Assembly (NCBI GenBank): GCA_963783575.1
Contig: CAWAOD010000018.1
Coordinates: forward strand, 1-64,000
DNA length: 64,000 bases
Reading direction: 5' to 3'
Origin: an uncultured Spirochaetota bacterium
GTDB taxonomy: Bacteria; Spirochaetota; Brevinematia; Brevinematales; JAOACQ01
The notes under the pieces are model-generated. The model was given only the letters and a program-made list of their open reading frames with translations. It had not been told where the DNA came from and ran no database searches. The translations under genes were made by a program, and so were the position numbers. Shown piece after piece: positions 10,692 to 21,359 of the stretch (positions are counted from its first letter, which is position 1; each line of letters opens with the position of its first letter).

Positions 10692-13600
10692 AATTAAATG
10701 CAATTTCATGTCTATCAATTCTTTTTCCTTATCATTTAGCGGAACCCTCTTACCGCTCTTATCGTAAACCTGAATATCCAGCGCAAGACCCCTAAGTTCC
10801 TGGACAAGGACATTAAAGGATTCCGGAATTCCGGGTGAAGTGGCATACTTGCCCTTGATTATACCTTCGTAAATCCTGACCCTTCCTTCAGTGTCGTCTG
10901 ATTTTATTGTAAGCATTTCCTGGAGAAGGTTCGCGGCACCGTAAGCTTCAAGCGCCCAGACTTCCATTTCCCCGAGCCTCTGGCCTCCGAAATTAGCCTT
11001 TCCTCTTAAGGGCTGCTGAGTTACAAGGGAATATGGTCCGACCGACCGGGCATGAATCTTATCATCCACCATATGATGAAGCTTCATTATATACATAACC
11101 CCGACAAAGACAGACTTTTCAAAAAAGTTCCCGGTTTTACCGTCCCTGAGCAGGAACTTCCCGTTTTTCTGCAGTTTAACCCTTTCAAAATATTCAAGAA
11201 TACCGCTTTCGGATTCACCGTTAGGCTTTCTTTCTTCAAGCAATTCCTTTTTAATTTTGTCATTAGCCTTGTCTATTTCCTTTTCAATTTCTTCAAGGGT
11301 TGCGCCTTCAAAAACCGGACATTCGTAATAAACCCCGAGTTTCCATCCAGCCAGCCCAAGCAGGCTGTCGAAAAGCTGTCCAAGATTCATACGGCTGGGA
11401 ACGCCGAGAGGATTCAAAACAATATCAACGGGAGTCCCATCGGGAAGGAAAGGCATATCTTCCTCTGCCATTACTCTCGATATTACACCCTTGTTACCAT
11501 GACGGCCAGCGATTTTATCGCCGGGTTTTATTTTTCTCTTTTTAGCTATATATACCTTAACAAGCTTCAAAACTCCCGGAGAAAGTTCATCACCGCTCTC
11601 GGCGCTGAATACCTTCACATCAACTACTACACCGCCTTCACCATGGGGTACTCTTAAAGAAGTATCCCGTACATCTTTGGCTTTCTCGCCAAAAATCGCA
11701 TGAAGAAGCCTGAATTCAGGGGTTTCTGTAGGTTCACCTTTGGGAGTAACCTTACCGACAAGAATATCTCCCGGTTTGACGTAAGCGCCAACCCTTATGA
11801 TGCCGCTTTCATCGAGGTTTTTAAGGGCATCCTCACCAACATTAGGGATTTCCGAAGTAATTTCTTCGCTCCCTAATTTTGTTTCCAGGGCTTTGCACTC
11901 AAAGACCGTTGTATACACCGAAGTAAAATCATCATTTTTCAGGAGTTTTTCGCTGATAAGAACGGCATCCTCATAGTTATAACCGTTCCAGGGCATAAAC
12001 GCGACAAGAATATTTTTCCCGAGAGCCAGTTCGCCTTTGTCGCTTGCAAAACCGTCGGCCAGTAAATCTCCCGGTTTAATTTTATCGCCTTCATTAACAA
12101 TCGGCTTCTGATTAAAACTGGTATCCTGATTTGTCCTTCTGAATTTTACCAGATCATATACTTCGGCTGATTTCATATTTTCACCGACAGTAACAGATTT
12201 TGAATCCACTTTGAGGACTTTTCCGGTTGTTTCACTTAAAACAACGGCTCTCGAATCCCTGGCAACATATTTTTCCATTCCGGTACCGACTATCGGTGAT
12301 TCGGAATGAAGAAGCGGAACAGCCTGCCTCTGCATGTTTGAACCCATCAGAGCCCTGTTAGCATCATCATGCTCGATAAAAGGAATGATCGACGCGGAAA
12401 CAGAAAGTATCTGCTTTGGAGAAACATCCATCAGCTGTATTTTATCGCTCGGCGCAAGCTCAAATTCACCTTTATATCTTGCCTGAACGAAATCCTCTAT
12501 TATTTCGCCCTTTTCATTGAGCATTGCGTTTGCCTGAGCAATGTAAAAATTTTCTTCCGTTGTAGCCGATAAATATCTGATCTCATCAATTATTTTTCTA
12601 TTTTTAACAACCACATAAGGCGTTTCAAGAAATCCATAATTATTGACGGTTGCATATGTTGCAAGTGAAACAATAAGACCGATGTTCGGTCCTTCCGGTG
12701 TTTCAATCGGGCAAACCCTACCGTAATGCGTATTATGAACGTCCCTGACTTCAAATCCGGCCCTGTCCCTTGATAAACCGCCGGGGCCAAGAGCTGAAAG
12801 CCTTCTTTTATGGGTCAGTTCAGATATCGGGTTTGTTTGATCCATAAACTGTGAAAGCTGGCTCATTCCGAAGAAATCATTCAATGCCGAAACGATTGGT
12901 TTTATAGCAATGATATTCTGCGGGGTTAAATCCTCAATTTCCCTTGATGAGAGCTTTTCATGGATTGATTTTTCAACCTTTGTAAAAGCAGAGATTAACT
13001 GATTCACAATCAATTCGTTGACATTCCTGACCCTCCGGTTCCCGAGATGATCGACATCGTCAAGGTTTGCCTGCTTATTATAAACCTTTATCAAATACTG
13101 GAGTGTCCTTGAGATATCATCAAAAGAAAGCGTCTTCTGTTCAATCAGTGCGTCCTGCTCCTCCTGAGACAGGTCGGGATATAATTTCAACACAAGCTTA
13201 TACCGGCCGACTTCGCCGAGATCATACATTTTCGGACTGAAAAACATATTATGAAGTTCTTTTACTATGCTTTCCAGAGGAGCAGCTTCACCGGGATGAA
13301 GAATGCTGTAAATTTTCTTTATCGCTTTATTAACGGTGTCTTTTGTATCATCTTTTTCCAGCGTATTTATAAGCGGTTTATTCTCAACAACAGACTTCGG
13401 ATCGATGATCTTGATTATTGTTTTCCCTTTCTGATAAAGCTGGTTGATGCTGTTAGGAAAAAGCTTTTCTACCGCTCCGGCTATTATATTATTTTCATCA
13501 TCAAGAACATCTTCGGCGACATATTTACCAACAAGCCTTGAAATGGCCTCATCTTTATCGATCCTGGAAAGGTCTATCTTTCTGACTTTGAAGAAATTGT

Positions 13601-14219
13601 TGATAATATCTGCAGTTGTCATCTCTAGCGCACGCAGGAACATTGTCACCAGGACTTTCCTTCGTGAGTCAATCCTCACATACATCAGGTCTTTTTTTGT
13701 ATCAATAATAAATTCCAGCCAGGAACCTTTTTCAGGCACAATCTTTGAAGAAAATTCCTTGTTCTTGTAGCTGAAGAGAACACCGGGAGATTTATAAATC
13801 TGGTTCACAACCACCCTTTCGGCCCCGTTAAAAATAAAGGTTCCCCTTTTTGTCATAAGCGGAAAATCACCTATATATATATCTTTTTCTTTTATTTCCC
13901 CAGTTTTTCTATCTATTAAACGGAATATAGCTTTAACTGGAACGCTGAAGGTCAGATTTTTATCGAAACACTCGTCTTCACTATATTTACAGTTACCAAC
14001 TTCATAACCGACATATTCGATTATTATTTCGCCGTTTGCACCTTCGATCGGGAAAAAACTACGGAAAACATATTCCAGGCCTTTTTTCTCCCTCTCTTTC
14101 GGTTGTTTATCCATTTGTAGAAAATCTTTAAATGATCGCAACTGAATGTCCAATAAATCCGGAAGAGGCGCCCTGTCCCTATGATTCGCAAAGCTTATCC
14201 TACTTTGTTCTATTGACAT
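10689..14219 (-). CDS. rpoB: RNA polymerase beta subunit
   Basis: [59 protein letters not shown]. Confidence 0.99.
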   Translation of the reverse strand: MSIEQSRISFANHRDRAPLPDLLDIQLRSFKDFLQMDKQPKEREKKGLEYVFRSFFPIEGANGEIIIEYVGYEVGNCKYSEDECFDKNLTFSVPVKAIFRLIDRKTGEIKEKDIYIGDFPLMTKRGTFIFNGAERVVVNQIYKSPGVLFSYKNKEFSSKIVPEKGSWLEFIIDTKKDLMYVRIDSRRKVLVTMFLRALEMTTADIINNFFKVRKIDLSRIDKDEAISRLVGKYVAEDVLDDENNIIAGAVEKLFPNSINQLYQKGKTIIKIIDPKSVVENKPLINTLEKDDTKDTVNKAIKKIYSILHPGEAAPLESIVKELHNMFFSPKMYDLGEVGRYKLVLKLYPDLSQEEQDALIEQKTLSFDDISRTLQYLIKVYNKQANLDDVDHLGNRRVRNVNELIVNQLISAFTKVEKSIHEKLSSREIEDLTPQNIIAIKPIVSALNDFFGMSQLSQFMDQTNPISELTHKRRLSALGPGGLSRDRAGFEVRDVHNTHYGRVCPIETPEGPNIGLIVSLATYATVNNYGFLETPYVVVKNRKIIDEIRYLSATTEENFYIAQANAMLNEKGEIIEDFVQARYKGEFELAPSDKIQLMDVSPKQILSVSASIIPFIEHDDANRALMGSNMQRQAVPLLHSESPIVGTGMEKYVARDSRAVVLSETTGKVLKVDSKSVTVGENMKSAEVYDLVKFRRTNQDTSFNQKPIVNEGDKIKPGDLLADGFASDKGELALGKNILVAFMPWNGYNYEDAVLISEKLLKNDDFTSVYTTVFECKALETKLGSEEITSEIPNVGEDALKNLDESGIIRVGAYVKPGDILVGKVTPKGEPTETPEFRLLHAIFGEKAKDVRDTSLRVPHGEGGVVVDVKVFSAESGDELSPGVLKLVKVYIAKKRKIKPGDKIAGRHGNKGVISRVMAEEDMPFLPDGTPVDIVLNPLGVPSRMNLGQLFDSLLGLAGWKLGVYYECPVFEGATLEEIEKEIDKANDKIKKELLEERKPNGESESGILEYFERVKLQKNGKFLLRDGKTGNFFEKSVFVGVMYIMKLHHMVDDKIHARSVGPYSLVTQQPLRGKANFGGQRLGEMEVWALEAYGAANLLQEMLTIKSDDTEGRVRIYEGIIKGKYATSPGIPESFNVLVQELRGLALDIQVYDKSGKRVPLNDKEKELIDMKLHLI

Positions 14220-14257
14220 ACCTTACTCCAAAATAAATAATAATAAAATAAGCACAA

Positions 14258-14286
14258 CTTCCCCCTTCCGCTTATGAAGGGGGAAG
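14258..14286 (-). terminator. Strong hairpin between rplL and rpoB (attenuator/terminator)
   Basis: 11-bp perfect stem cttcccccttc-N7-gaagggggaag followed by T-rich sequence on the minus strand; same location as the known rplL-rpoB attenuator. Confidence 0.7.
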
Positions 14287-14348
14287 ACTAGTCGATTTCA
14301 ACTTTGTTTTCAAAAAATGAGAGATGAATCAAATAAGAAAAGAAAAAT

Positions 14349-14732
14349 TTATTTAACTTCAACGATTGCTCCGGCATCTTCCAGTTCTTTTTTGAGCTTA
14401 TCTGCGTCCGCTTTAGAGATATTCTCTTTTACTGGAGTTTTCCCTGCACTTTCAGCAAGATCTTTAGCCTCTTTTAGCGCTAATCCGGTAGCATTTCTGA
14501 CCACTTTAATCACTTCAATCTTTTTAGCGCCGGCATCCTTTATAAACACAGAAACCGTTGAAGGTTCTTCAGCAGCGGCCGGAGCAGCAGCAGCAACTGG
14601 TGCGGCCATCGCCACAGGTGCAGCAGCTTTTACATCAAATTTCTCTTCCAGAGCTTTTCTAAGTTCGTTTAACTCTAATACCGTCATATTAGAAATCAAA
14701 TCAATAATCTGCTCAATCTTATTCTCAGCCAT
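14349..14732 (-). CDS. rplL: 50S ribosomal protein L7/L12
   Basis: [19 protein letters not shown], Ala-rich hinge, KIEVIKVVR...[10 protein letters not shown]. Confidence 0.99.
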   Translation of the reverse strand: MAENKIEQIIDLISNMTVLELNELRKALEEKFDVKAAAPVAMAAPVAAAAPAAAEEPSTVSVFIKDAGAKKIEVIKVVRNATGLALKEAKDLAESAGKTPVKENISKADADKLKKELEDAGAIVEVK

Positions 14733-14773
14733 ATATTCACTCCTTACGTAATTTTATAATAATAATATATACT

Positions 14774-15292
14774 TTAATCCTGTTTCTTTTTTTCAAGTGC
14801 TTCAATTGTACCGACAAATGCCGTCATTACTCCATTTAAAGTTCCGATAAAACTTGAGATAACAGAATTTATGCCGCCGGCAACCATTGATAAAAGTTCT
14901 TTTCTGGAAGGCATCTTTGACATCGCTATAACGCCATCTTTATTAAAAGCCTGTCCATCGATATACCCGGCTTTCAAACTGAACTTATTATGATCTTTTG
15001 AATAATCGACAAGAACTTTTAATATTTTCAGGATATCTTCTTTAGAAGAAAAAACAATCGTATTTTCTTTTAAATATTGATCCATTCCATTCATATTGGA
15101 TGCTTCAAATGCCTTTTCAAGTAAGGTATTTTTAATAACTTTTGCCGAACCGCCTTCTTTCAATACTTTCTTGCGAAGCGATTCAAGTTCTGATACAGTC
15201 AAACCCTTAAAATCAGCCAGAACTAAACCATTCGATCCTATCAGGTTATCTTTTATTTTTTCTACCATTTGTATTTTTTCCTGTTTTGGCAT
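14774..15292 (-). CDS. rplJ: 50S ribosomal protein L10
   Basis: DFKGLTVSELESLRK, KVIKNTL, KMPSRKELLS; position between rplA and rplL. Confidence 0.97.
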   Translation of the reverse strand: MPKQEKIQMVEKIKDNLIGSNGLVLADFKGLTVSELESLRKKVLKEGGSAKVIKNTLLEKAFEASNMNGMDQYLKENTIVFSSKEDILKILKVLVDYSKDHNKFSLKAGYIDGQAFNKDGVIAMSKMPSRKELLSMVAGGINSVISSFIGTLNGVMTAFVGTIEALEKKKQD

Positions 15293-15392
15293 AAAAACCT
15301 TCCTCATATTTCTTGCTAATCATACCCATAACCACATTATTCATAAACTAAAAATTAAACAATCTTACAGATTAAATCAACTTTCAGTTAAT

Positions 15393-16106
15393 TCATACCG
15401 CAATCTTTTTAAAATCCACCTTTACAGCAGGTCCCATAGCTGGAGATAAAGTCATTGTTCTGATATAATCACCTTTCAGATCGGATGGTTTGTTTTTTAT
15501 TAATACTTTATGTATTGCCAGGGCGTTTTCGTAAATATTCTGGTCGGGCAGCGATTTTTTCCCGACTACCACATGGACATTACCTGTTTTATCAGCCCTT
15601 ATTTCTACTTTACCTGCTTTAAACTCTTTAACAACCCTTGCAACATCGGTTGTTACAGAACCAGTTTTAGGATTAGGCATCATCTTTCTTCTACCCAGGA
15701 TTGGAGCTATTTTACCAATAATTTTCATCATATCCGGAGTAGCAAGTACTGCATCGAAATCAAGCCATCCCTGTGATATCTTCTCCACCAGATCTTCCCC
15801 GCCAACATAATCTGCACCGGCTTCTTTTGCTTCAGCAGCCTTGTCGCCCGCGGCAAAAGCAAGAACCCGGATAGTTTTACCTATAGAATGCGGTAATAAA
15901 ACAACATCGCGGATCGTATGTTTCTGTTTGATATTCAGTTTGTAGCTCATATTTATAGTTTCATCAAATTTTGCAGTCGCAAGGTCTTTAACAAGTTTTG
16001 TGGCTTCTTCGAACGAATATGACTGAAACAAATCATTTTTATCGATAATGGCAAGATATCTTTTCCCGCCTTTAAAAGCTACTCCATTTTTTAGTAAGGT
16101 TTTCAT
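15393..16106 (-). CDS. rplA: 50S ribosomal protein L1
   Basis: [30 protein letters not shown]. Confidence 0.98.
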   Translation of the reverse strand: MKTLLKNGVAFKGGKRYLAIIDKNDLFQSYSFEEATKLVKDLATAKFDETINMSYKLNIKQKHTIRDVVLLPHSIGKTIRVLAFAAGDKAAEAKEAGADYVGGEDLVEKISQGWLDFDAVLATPDMMKIIGKIAPILGRRKMMPNPKTGSVTTDVARVVKEFKAGKVEIRADKTGNVHVVVGKKSLPDQNIYENALAIHKVLIKNKPSDLKGDYIRTMTLSPAMGPAVKVDFKKIAV

Positions 16107-16541
16107 TTATCCCTCCACCTCAATACCCATATTCAAAGCTGTACCTGCAATGATTTTGATCGCGGCCTCAATATCATTAGCATTCAGATCGTTCATTTTC
16201 ATCTCGGCTATTTTTTTGAGCTGCTCTTTATTGATTTTTCCAACTTTTTGTTTATTCGGTTCGGCGGAACCTTTTTCGATACCCAGAGCCTTTTTAATCA
16301 AATTTGAAGCCGGGGGAGTTTTAGTAATAAATGAAAAAGACCTGTCTTCATAAACTCTAACAACAACTGGAATAACAAACCCTGCTTTATCTTTTGTCGC
16401 TTCGTTAAATTGCTTACAAAAATCCATCAGTGGAACCCCATGAGGTTCCAGTGCGGTTCCAACAGGGGGTGCTGGATTCGCCTGACCGGCTTGTATTTGC
16501 AGCTTGATTTCTGCTTTAAGCTTTTTTGTTTTAGGTGCCAT
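16107..16541 (-). CDS. rplK: 50S ribosomal protein L11
   Basis: [26 protein letters not shown]. Confidence 0.99.
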   Translation of the reverse strand: MAPKTKKLKAEIKLQIQAGQANPAPPVGTALEPHGVPLMDFCKQFNEATKDKAGFVIPVVVRVYEDRSFSFITKTPPASNLIKKALGIEKGSAEPNKQKVGKINKEQLKKIAEMKMNDLNANDIEAAIKIIAGTALNMGIEVEG

Positions 16542-16552
16542 TTAATTCTCCT

Positions 16553-16572
16553 TCAAGCGTGACGCTTGACCC
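16553..16572. repeat. Dispersed palindrome copy 1 (GGGTCAAGCGTCACGCTTG on minus strand)
   Basis: tcaagcg-tga-cgcttga; near-identical copies at 32684 and 57791. Confidence 0.7.
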
Positions 16573-16691
16573 ATATTACTCCTATCCATCATCTTTAAGG
16601 AGTTAACTATCAAGTTAGCTTCACGTATTCTACATTTATAATACTTTTAATAATTAATCAAATAAATATTCAAAATATTATTAATTCGAAT

Positions 16692-16723
16692 GCTAGCGAC
16701 TAATAGCTAGCGACCAGCAACTA
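16692..16723. repeat. Tandem heptamer repeats directly after the nusG stop
   Basis: gctagcg actaata gctagcg accagca acta. Confidence 0.7.
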
Positions 16724-16725
16724 TA

Positions 16726-17286
16726 TTATACTTTCTGAACCTGGTTAAATTCCAATTCAACAGGGGTCAATCTCCCAAATATTTCAACACGGACTGTAAG
16801 GCTGTTTTTCTCATTATGTATTTCCTGTATTTCACCCTCAAAGTCTTTAAAGGGCCCTTCTCCTATTTTAACTTTCTCACCAACATTAAAACCCGATTCC
16901 AGTTTAGCCACATTCGGCTTAATCTCACCGGTTTTTTCAAAGATTGATTTAACATCATCATATGCAAGCGGAGCAGGCCTTTTGTTACCGCCGCCTGCCG
17001 ATAAAAACATTCCAACACCGTTTACTGATTTAATTTCCGCATAAACTTTTTTCCAGATTGCATCATCATCAGGAAGATCTAATTCAGCAAGTATATAACC
17101 GGGATACAAATTCCGTTTTAATGTTACTTTTTTCTTTTTTTTCTCTACTACATATTCTTCTTCCGGAATCTTTACATCAAGCAAGATGTCTTTTAATGCA
17201 CCATTGTTTTTCTTAGCACGAAGTCCACTCATCGCTCTTTTCTCAAATCCCGTATAAACCTGTATTACAAACCATCCCCTTGCCAT
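16726..17286 (-). CDS. nusG: Transcription termination/antitermination factor NusG
   Basis: WFVIQVYTGFE, LYPGYIL, GPFKDFEG, IFGRLTPVELEFNQV (KOW). Confidence 0.98.
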   Translation of the reverse strand: MARGWFVIQVYTGFEKRAMSGLRAKKNNGALKDILLDVKIPEEEYVVEKKKKKVTLKRNLYPGYILAELDLPDDDAIWKKVYAEIKSVNGVGMFLSAGGGNKRPAPLAYDDVKSIFEKTGEIKPNVAKLESGFNVGEKVKIGEGPFKDFEGEIQEIHNEKNSLTVRVEIFGRLTPVELEFNQVQKV

Positions 17287-17287
17287 T

Positions 17288-17533
17288 TTACCCGACCAAT
17301 CCAACAACTAGTAAATTGATAAGATAATCGATAAAAGCCAATACCAATGAAAAGGTTACAATAAAGGCAACAGTAATAATTGCTGAATTCAAAGCATGAT
17401 CTTTTGTCGGCCAGGTTACTTTCTTTAATTCCTGATAACTTTCTTTAAAAAAATTCCTATTAAATAAAACATAAACACCGGTACCTATAACAATGACGGC
17501 CAGAAGGAACCAGCCAATCCATTTTAAAAACAT
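17288..17533 (-). CDS. secE: Preprotein translocase subunit SecE
   Basis: FFKESYQELKKVTWPTK motif plus TM helix; between tRNA-Trp and nusG. The ORF-track start lies inside the tRNA, so the ATG at 17533 is preferred. Confidence 0.95.
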   Translation of the reverse strand: MFLKWIGWFLLAVIVIGTGVYVLFNRNFFKESYQELKKVTWPTKDHALNSAIITVAFIVTFSLVLAFIDYLINLLVVGLVG

Positions 17534-17565
17534 ATAAACTCCCGTGATTTTAAATAAATATTCTT

Positions 17566-17638
17566 CAGGCCTGGAGGGAATTGAACCCCCAACCAACGGT
17601 TTTGGAGACCGCTACTCTGCCAATTGAGCTACAGGCCT
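17566..17638 (-). tRNA. tRNA-Trp (CCA)
   Basis: AGGCCTGTAGCTCAATTGGCAGAGTAGCGGTCTCCAAAACCGTTGGTTGGGGGTTCAATTCCCTCCAGGCCTG; 3' CCA not encoded. Confidence 0.97.
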
Positions 17639-17648
17639 ATGTAGGCAT

Positions 17649-17722
17649 TAGCCGCTAGTCTTTAGTCACTAGTTACCACTTCACTTCACGGCTAATGACT
17701 AGCGACAAAAGACTAACAGCTA
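17649..17722. repeat. Inverted arrays of heptamer repeats between rpmG and tRNA-Trp
   Basis: tagccgc tagtctt tagtcac tagttac ... gctaatg actagcg acaaaag actaaca gcta; the arms are imperfect reverse complements. Confidence 0.75.
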
Positions 17723-17875
17723 TTATTTAACTTCTTTATGCAAAGTATGTTTCCTGCACCGGGGGCAGTATTTTTTTATATTTAATTTTACTCTTTGCTG
17801 AACCATTTCCTTAGTCTTGTTTGTAGTAAAATTCCTTTCACCGCATACTTCACATTCCAATGTTATTATCTGCAT
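17723..17875 (-). CDS. rpmG: 50S ribosomal protein L33, Zn-ribbon (C+) type (absent from ORF track)
   Basis: Manual translation [50 protein letters not shown] (50 aa). Confidence 0.97.
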   Translation of the reverse strand: MQIITLECEVCGERNFTTNKTKEMVQQRVKLNIKKYCPRCRKHTLHKEVK

Positions 17876-17912
17876 AAAAATACTCCATTTACAATGAATA
17901 AAGATCTCACTT

Positions 17913-17985
17913 AGCCCACAGGCGGGATTGAACCGCCGACCCCCTCCTTACCATGGAGGTGCTCTACCATCTGAGCTATATGGGC
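17913..17985 (-). tRNA. tRNA-Thr (GGT)
   Basis: GCCCATATAGCTCAGATGGTAGAGCACCTCCATGGTAAGGAGGGGGTCGGCGGTTCAATCCCGCCTGTGGGCT. Confidence 0.96.
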
Positions 17986-17999
17986 TTGTAGCATTTTTT

Positions 18000-18029
18000 A
18001 TTATATACTGATCTTAATAAAAATGTCAA
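18000..18029 (-). promoter_or_regulatory. sigma70 promoter for tRNA-Thr/rpmG operon
   Basis: TTGACA-18 nt-TATAAT on minus strand, ~15 nt upstream of the tRNA. Confidence 0.75.
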
Positions 18030-18103
18030 AAATTAGATGAGAATTTTATAACATTTAAATATTTGTAAAAACTCGAACATAGATTGGCTACAATACTGAT
18101 CGG

Positions 18104-19384
18104 TTAAATAAAATACTTATTGAGATATGTAAAAAAATCCGGAAAAGATTTTGAAACACATGCTGGATTTGATATTTCCACACCCGGAATCTTCAAACCG
18201 GCTATTGAAAACGCCATGGCTATCCTATGATCGTTATAAGTATTTATTAAGGCATTATTATAAACTTTTTTAGGAAATATTTCAAGTCCATCCTCATACT
18301 CCTTAATTTCAGCTCCTAATTTTTTCAATTCAATGCAAAGGGCATTGATTCTGTCGCTCTCCTTTATCCTGAGATTAGCAACATTTCTAATATATGTCGG
18401 AGTTTCCGCGAACAGGGCAATAACAGCCAATGCCGGAACCAGATCCGGACATTCATTCATATCAAAATTTACTCCAGATATCTTCCCATTCGATTCCAGA
18501 ACAGTATAATCATCTTCTCGGTAAACTATACAGCCCATAGTCTTAAGTATTTCAGCAAATCGAATATCCCCTTGAAATGAATTTTTACCAAGACCTTCAA
18601 TTGTAATCCTGCCGGATAGGATTGCAACAGCCGCCAGAAAATAAGAAGCACTCGAAGCATCCGGTTCGATTTCAAATACTGTCTGGCTTTGATATTCGGA
18701 TTTATGTACAATGAATTCTTTGTATGAATCTCTTTTTACTTCAACACCGAATTTACTCATAATTCCAATTGTCATATCGATATATGGCTTGGATGAAATA
18801 TCTCCAGAAGTTTTCACTTTTATTCCATCCCTGCTATAGGGGGCTGCCATAAGTAGTGAAGAGATGTACTGACTGCTGTTTTTACCCGAAATATTACATT
18901 CGCCGCCTAGAATTCCTTCAGCTCTAATGATGACAGGAGGACATCCGTTCCCACTTTTAGAGGAAACATCGCAGCCAAGCTGGCGTAAGGCTTTAAGAAG
19001 GTCTTCTATTGGCCTTTCCCGCATTCTGTTGTCACCGTCAATTGTAAAAAAACCATGCCCAAGTGCAAGGTAGGATGTTAAAAACCTCATCGCCGTTCCA
19101 GCATTTCCGGTATAAAGATCATAATTTCCGGCAGGTTTTTTACCCCCCTCAATTTCACAGATCTTTGCAGATTCATCAAGCCGTATTTTCATCCCCAGTT
19201 GATTAAGAGCCTTGTACATATAAACAGTATCTTCGGAAACAAGCATATTTTCAAGACAAGTTTTTCCTCCGGCAAGTGACGAAAGGATTAGTGCCCTGTT
19301 TGTCAGGCTCTTTGAACCGGGTAGCCTTAAATTAATATCAATTCTACTGCCATTATAGACAGGGATCAAATAATTTTCATTCAT
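18104..19384 (-). CDS. aroA: 3-phosphoshikimate 1-carboxyvinyltransferase (EPSP synthase)
   Basis: PGSKSLTNR, GNAGTAMRF, SSQYISSLLM, RIKESDRI, DHRIAM. Confidence 0.98.
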   Translation of the reverse strand: MNENYLIPVYNGSRIDINLRLPGSKSLTNRALILSSLAGGKTCLENMLVSEDTVYMYKALNQLGMKIRLDESAKICEIEGGKKPAGNYDLYTGNAGTAMRFLTSYLALGHGFFTIDGDNRMRERPIEDLLKALRQLGCDVSSKSGNGCPPVIIRAEGILGGECNISGKNSSQYISSLLMAAPYSRDGIKVKTSGDISSKPYIDMTIGIMSKFGVEVKRDSYKEFIVHKSEYQSQTVFEIEPDASSASYFLAAVAILSGRITIEGLGKNSFQGDIRFAEILKTMGCIVYREDDYTVLESNGKISGVNFDMNECPDLVPALAVIALFAETPTYIRNVANLRIKESDRINALCIELKKLGAEIKEYEDGLEIFPKKVYNNALINTYNDHRIAMAFSIAGLKIPGVEISNPACVSKSFPDFFTYLNKYFI

Positions 19385-19396
19385 AGCAATTCTCTA

Positions 19397-19957
19397 TTAT
19401 TTATTAATTATAACAGCTTCATTCTCTGAAATAATGATATCAAGCTGATAATCATATTCGGTATGGGGAACACTGACTAATAATTGAAAGTCATAACATA
19501 CCCCGATTATTTTTTTAATTTTTTCGGAATTCAAAAACCTGTCGAAATACCCCTTACCGTAACCAATGCGGTAACCATTTCTTCCGAAAGCAATACCCGG
19601 TATTAATGCAAGATCAATAATACCATTATAAACTTCTGTTGCCGGTTCCGGAATATTATAAGCCCCTTTGACAAAATCTTTGTATAAGTCATTTACGATA
19701 TACGGTTCAATCCATTTTTTCCCTATCAATTTCGGAAATAAGATTTTCCTCCCGGTCTGGAACATTTCTTTAGCAAACGGAAGCAAATCAACTTCATTAT
19801 TAATAGGCACATAGAACATAATTGTGGAAATCTGAGAGTTGACTAATTTCTGTAATTTTTTAATAACGCGGTATGATTTGTTTTCAACGCTTTCTTTTGA
19901 TAAAGCTTTTCTCATTCTTAAAAAATTCGTTCTTAATTCCCTTTTTTCATCAATCAT
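19397..19957 (-). CDS. 5-formyltetrahydrofolate cyclo-ligase
   Basis: KRELR, NEVD, IPEP, PGIAFGRNGYRIGYGKGYFDRFL. Confidence 0.95.
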   Translation of the reverse strand: MIDEKRELRTNFLRMRKALSKESVENKSYRVIKKLQKLVNSQISTIMFYVPINNEVDLLPFAKEMFQTGRKILFPKLIGKKWIEPYIVNDLYKDFVKGAYNIPEPATEVYNGIIDLALIPGIAFGRNGYRIGYGKGYFDRFLNSEKIKKIIGVCYDFQLLVSVPHTEYDYQLDIIISENEAVIINK

Positions 19958-19980
19958 TTTATTGGCCTAACTCCTAATAA

Positions 19981-20631
19981 TCATTTTTTCAGTTCTCTTT
20001 TTAATTTTATTATTCGATCTCTTATTCTAGCCGCTTCTTCGTATTTTTCTTCATTGACTGCGTTATTAAGCTCGAGATTTAATTTATTAATAACCCCATT
20101 ATGATTATTGAAAATCATGGTTGGAAATGAATAGCCGTCAATAAGTCTGATCCCATCTTTTCCCGGATTTATACTGCTATCTTCATCGAATTGATTCTTA
20201 ATAAAAATATTTATTTCTTCCTGAAGAGATTCATCATCAGCTATTTTATCAGATACGTTTTGTGAAATAAAAATCGGAGCGGTAAATCTCAATGCGAGAG
20301 CTATTCCGTCAGCAGGCCTGATATCAAAAATCTTTTTTTCACCGAGTAAATTTTGAGTATAAATAGAAGCAAGAAATATTTCGTCATTTATATCATAAAT
20401 CACAACTTTTTCAACCATAGCCTCCGCATTCTTCAGCATTCTGCCGGCAACATCATAAATAAGATTCCTTTCTTCAATCTGCCCTTCAATTGAAGACAAT
20501 ATTCCTTCAGCCTCAAATTTTCCTATAATCATAGGAATAAACCTGCCGGGTCTTGCTACTTCAGATAACAGAAGTAAAAAATTATCCCCATTTTCAAAAA
20601 CATTATTGACTTTTACTTCAAAGATAAGCAT
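19981..20631 (-). CDS. Bifunctional nuclease (DUF151) family protein with C-terminal UvrB/C motif
   Basis: IPMIIGKFEA, DIRPADGIALALR, LNNAVNEEKYEEAARIRDRI. Confidence 0.9.
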   Translation of the reverse strand: MLIFEVKVNNVFENGDNFLLLLSEVARPGRFIPMIIGKFEAEGILSSIEGQIEERNLIYDVAGRMLKNAEAMVEKVVIYDINDEIFLASIYTQNLLGEKKIFDIRPADGIALALRFTAPIFISQNVSDKIADDESLQEEINIFIKNQFDEDSSINPGKDGIRLIDGYSFPTMIFNNHNGVINKLNLELNNAVNEEKYEEAARIRDRIIKLKRELKK

Positions 20632-20647
20632 AATATTCAAACCCGTA

Positions 20648-21334
20648 TTATTTGTTTGTACTTGAATTATTAGGACGCGTCCCGGTTTTATTTAATTGAA
20701 CTATCGCATCATTAATATATTTTATTTGAGATTGAGGAGCCCTTCCCTGCAATGCAAACAAAAAACTTATAGAAGATTTTGAATTATGTTCCAGAATCGA
20801 ATCGACAGTTTGTTTGACAATATCTTCTCTTGTTTTCGAATTTAATGAAACGGTATATTCATTTAATTCCTTCAGCGCGTCATCCGAATCCCTAAGATCG
20901 CCCAAAGCCTGTAGAAGACACAATATAGATATGATTTCTTTTTTATCATGCAGAAATTGCGCAATTAAATATCCATCCGAAGCGTCGCCGATTTTTCCTA
21001 AAACCAGAATCGACATATTAATGATATTTCTGAAATTCGCAGCATCAATGGAACTGCCCTGATTTGGTATGACTGACACCATTTCTTCAAGTTTCTTCTT
21101 AAAATTAGTAAGCTTCAACACTCCAACTCTCTTAACGGCACTATAAATATAATCCCTTTCATCCTCTGATGAACCGCTCCTGTTAAGCCCCTCCATTATT
21201 GAACTCTCGTCCGTAATTGTACTGAAAACAGCATCATACTTGCTAACATGCGTATAATCACTTATATCGTACCCGAATGCAAGTGTATTAACAAAGAATA
21301 TGATTGATAATCCTGCAAAAAATAATCTTACCAT
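20648..21334 (-). CDS. Exported HEAT-repeat-like hypothetical protein
   Basis: Signal peptide ending LAFG; helical repeats LVLGKIGD, LQALGDL; GGAG SD. Confidence 0.6.
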   Translation of the reverse strand: MVRLFFAGLSIIFFVNTLAFGYDISDYTHVSKYDAVFSTITDESSIMEGLNRSGSSEDERDYIYSAVKRVGVLKLTNFKKKLEEMVSVIPNQGSSIDAANFRNIINMSILVLGKIGDASDGYLIAQFLHDKKEIISILCLLQALGDLRDSDDALKELNEYTVSLNSKTREDIVKQTVDSILEHNSKSSISFLFALQGRAPQSQIKYINDAIVQLNKTGTRPNNSSTNK

Positions 21335-21359
21335 AAATATTTCCTCCGGTAAATTAAAT

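Noticed and set aside
15293..15392. L10 leader RNA before rplJ
   Set aside because: The spacer is AT-rich and I cannot see the conserved AGAC...AGG...CCU core; not supportable by eye.
17649..17722. CRISPR array
   Set aside because: Units are 7 nt with no unique spacers; no cas genes in the window.
17566..17985. tRNA genes lacking encoded 3' CCA
   Set aside because: True for all three tRNAs here but common in many bacterial lineages; not novel.
19958..19980. 6S RNA upstream of 5-formyl-THF cyclo-ligase
   Set aside because: Only 23 nt separate it from the upstream CDS.
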